The notes beneath the pieces were generated by a model. That model did not search any database. It had not been told where the DNA came from and was given only the letters and a program-made list of their open reading frames with translations. 64,000 bases of DNA from an uncultured Alphaproteobacteria bacterium. GTDB taxonomy: Bacteria; Pseudomonadota; Alphaproteobacteria; MPNO01; DASWLB01. The stretch spans positions 101,268 through 165,267 of the forward strand of contig CAVZIN010000010.1 in the NCBI GenBank assembly GCA_963775315.1. The letters run 5' to 3'. Position numbers and translations under genes: made by a program. The first letter of the stretch is position 1, and every line of letters begins with the position of its first letter. Shown piece after piece: positions 62,030 to 64,000 of this stretch.

Positions 62030-63576
62030 ACGAGCTGAAAATCCCGCAGCGCCGCCGGCTGAAGGGGGACTTCCCGCTCTACGCGGAGAAGTGCCTGCGC
62101 ATTCGGCCGAAATCGGGCGGGCTGGTGACGTTCGCGCTCAACCCGGTCCAGCGACGCTTGCACCAAGCCGCCGAGGCGCAGCGCGCGCAGACCGGGCGCG
62201 TGCGGGCGATCGTGCTGAAGGCGCGCCAGCCGGGCGTTTCAACCTATGTCGAGGGACGGTTCTACTGGAAGGTGACCCACCTGAAGGGCGTGCGCGCCTA
62301 TATCCTCACCCATCGCGACCAGGCGACCAACAACCTGTTTGCCATCGCCAAGCGGTTCCATGACAACTGCCCCGTCTCGGTGCGGCCGGAGTTGCGCGCG
62401 TCGAACGCCGAGGAGCTGGAGTTCGGCGCGCTCGATTCCGGCTATCGGGTCGGCACGGCCAAGGCAGCGGGTGTCGGCCGGTCGGACACGATCCAGTTCT
62501 TCCACGGGTCGGAGGTGGCGCAATGGCCGCGCGCCGACGAACACGCCGCGGGCGTGCTGCAGGCCGTCGCTGAGGCGCCGGACACGGAGGTCTGGCTGGA
62601 ATCGACGGCGCGCGGCGCGGGCGGGCTGTTCCACAACCTGTGGCGCGCGGCCGAGGCGGGCGAGAGCGGCTATCTCGCCCTGTTCGTGCCGTGGTTCGAG
62701 CACGCCGACTACCGCGTTACGCCGCCGCCCGGCTGGGCCGCGCCGCCGTCTTTCGCCGAGTACGGCGCGCTGCACCGGCTTGCGCCCGACCAGCTTCACT
62801 GGGCATGGGCGAAGAACGCGGAGATCGCGGGCGCGGCCGGGCTCGGCACCGACGAGCCGTGCTGGCGCTTCCGCCAGGAATACCCCGCCGACGCGGGCGA
62901 GGCCTTCCGCGCGAGCCGCACCGACGGGTTCATCGCCCCGCATCTGGTGCTCCGCGCGCGTGACTTCGTGCCGCCACCGCAGGACCACGCGGCGCTGGTG
63001 ATCGGTTGCGACTTCGCCCGCGGCGTACGCGACTGGAACTGGTTCGTCGACCGCCAGGGTCGCACGGCCGGCACCAAGGTGAACGAGCGGTTCCATTCGG
63101 ACGATATCGAGGACATCGCGGGCCGGCTCGCCCGCATCGTCGACCGCACAGGCCCCGCCATGTGCTTTCTGGACTCGGGCGGCGGCGGCGCGGCGGTGCA
63201 CGACATATTGCGCGCACGCGGCTACGGCCGCCGGCTCGCCCTGGTCAATTTCGGCGGCGCGCCGCGCGACGTGCGCCGCTGGGCGAACAAGCGGGCCGAA
63301 ATGTGGGGCGAGCTGCGCGACTGGCTGGCCGATCCCGGCGGCGCGTCGTTGCCGGACGACGACGTGCTGGACGCCGAGCTGACCGCGCCCGGCTTCCGCT
63401 ACAACGCGAACCAGCAGGTCGTGCTGGAGGACAAGGAATCGATCCGGGCCCGGCTGGGCAGCTCGACGGATGGCGGCGACGCCCTCGCTCTGACCTTCGC
63501 CGCCCCGCTCGGTCCGCCAACCTTGCGTCGCACCGCGCCGCGGAGTGAGGGCGGCTACGCCGTCCACGGCTGGTAG
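62026..63576 (+). CDS. Terminase large subunit
   Basis: Q motif LNPVQ, Walker A LKARQPGVST, Walker B FHGSEVA, ESTA coupling motif, nuclease IGCD / LDSGG / STDGGDALALTFA. Confidence 0.9.
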   Translation: MNELKIPQRRRLKGDFPLYAEKCLRIRPKSGGLVTFALNPVQRRLHQAAEAQRAQTGRVRAIVLKARQPGVSTYVEGRFYWKVTHLKGVRAYILTHRDQATNNLFAIAKRFHDNCPVSVRPELRASNAEELEFGALDSGYRVGTAKAAGVGRSDTIQFFHGSEVAQWPRADEHAAGVLQAVAEAPDTEVWLESTARGAGGLFHNLWRAAEAGESGYLALFVPWFEHADYRVTPPPGWAAPPSFAEYGALHRLAPDQLHWAWAKNAEIAGAAGLGTDEPCWRFRQEYPADAGEAFRASRTDGFIAPHLVLRARDFVPPPQDHAALVIGCDFARGVRDWNWFVDRQGRTAGTKVNERFHSDDIEDIAGRLARIVDRTGPAMCFLDSGGGGAAVHDILRARGYGRRLALVNFGGAPRDVRRWANKRAEMWGELRDWLADPGGASLPDDDVLDAELTAPGFRYNANQQVVLEDKESIRARLGSSTDGGDALALTFAAPLGPPTLRRTAPRSEGGYAVHGW

Positions 63577-63584
63577 TCGCGTCC

Positions 63585-63938
63585 ATGCGCGCCATCGCCG
63601 TGTTCCACGACCACGGCGGCGGCCGGCTGCGTCCGTTCCTGCGGCCGGGCTTCCGCCATGTCTTCTGCGCCGTCCGGAGCGGCGCCTACTGGATCGTCGT
63701 CGACGGCCGAAACGGCCTGCCGGAGATCGAGGTGGCGGCGGGCGCCGAGATCGACCTCGCCGCGTTCTATCGCGGTCTCGGCTACAGCGTGGCCGAGATC
63801 GCCGCCCTGCCGCGCCCGCCTCGCCAGCCCGTCGCGCTCGTCACTTGCGTCGGCGCGGCGAAGCGCGTGCTGGGCGTGCGTGCGCCCTTCGCCCTTACGC
63901 CCTACCGGCTCTGGAAACGCCTATCCCACCCAGAATAG
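63585..63938 (+). CDS. Hypothetical phage-associated protein
   Basis: LRPGFRHVF...W...TCV...KR.LG...TPY.LW; directly follows the terminase. Confidence 0.6.
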   Translation: MRAIAVFHDHGGGRLRPFLRPGFRHVFCAVRSGAYWIVVDGRNGLPEIEVAAGAEIDLAAFYRGLGYSVAEIAALPRPPRQPVALVTCVGAAKRVLGVRAPFALTPYRLWKRLSHPE

Positions 63939-63947
63939 GAGGCCTTC

Positions 63948-64000
63948 ATGTCGTCTCTGTTCAGCCCGCCCTCGCCGCCCATGCCACCGCCGCCAGCGCC
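63948..64000 (+). CDS. Pro-rich small virion-associated protein, partial
   Basis: AGGAGG RBS; MSSLFSPPSPPMPPPPAP..., runs off the window. Confidence 0.5.
   Translation, partial: MSSLFSPPSPPMPPPPA

Larger units (their letters stand above)
59465..64000. mobile_element. Phage-derived module (domesticated prophage or GTA-like cluster), continuing beyond the window
   Basis: CI-like repressor, operators, DUF6456-like gene and terminase genes; no integrase or replication genes in the window. Confidence 0.8.

Overview
A high-GC chromosomal segment, most likely from a Rhodospirillales-like alphaproteobacterium (inferred from gene order and the 6S RNA type). From 1 to about 33.6 kb it is mostly core genes: the secA 3' end, degP, galU-ugd-pmm/pgm, thiD-glmM-folP-ftsH-tilS, the Tol-Pal operon, ruvCAB-yebC, ymdB-ygfA-6S RNA-zapA, the PTS genes and purC. 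From 33.7 to 59.4 kb it is an accessory/metabolic region: catabolic enzymes, katG behind an Irr box, a galE / GH-GT2 fusion / ABC exporter / GT operon, an EcfG-like sigma factor, an adenylate cyclase and two degenerate M24 proteins. From 59.4 kb to the window end lies the most striking feature, a compact phage-derived module with no integrase or replication genes inside the window. It has a complete lambda-like switch: a CI/S24 repressor, five ATTRCG-N5-CGYAAT-type operators, and PL, PRM and PR promoters. PR drives a GcrA-C-terminal-like protein and a DUF6456/GafZ-like putative antiterminator. These are followed by two duplicated sigma70 promoters, each blocked by intrinsic terminators, and then terminase genes. 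This is a candidate gene-transfer-agent-like or domesticated-prophage system. Two genes are broken by a +1 frameshift in the identical context TCGAACTCG; removing one A restores a GANTC (CcrM) site, so these are probably base-calling artefacts. All family assignments come from motif recognition by eye; no database search was run.
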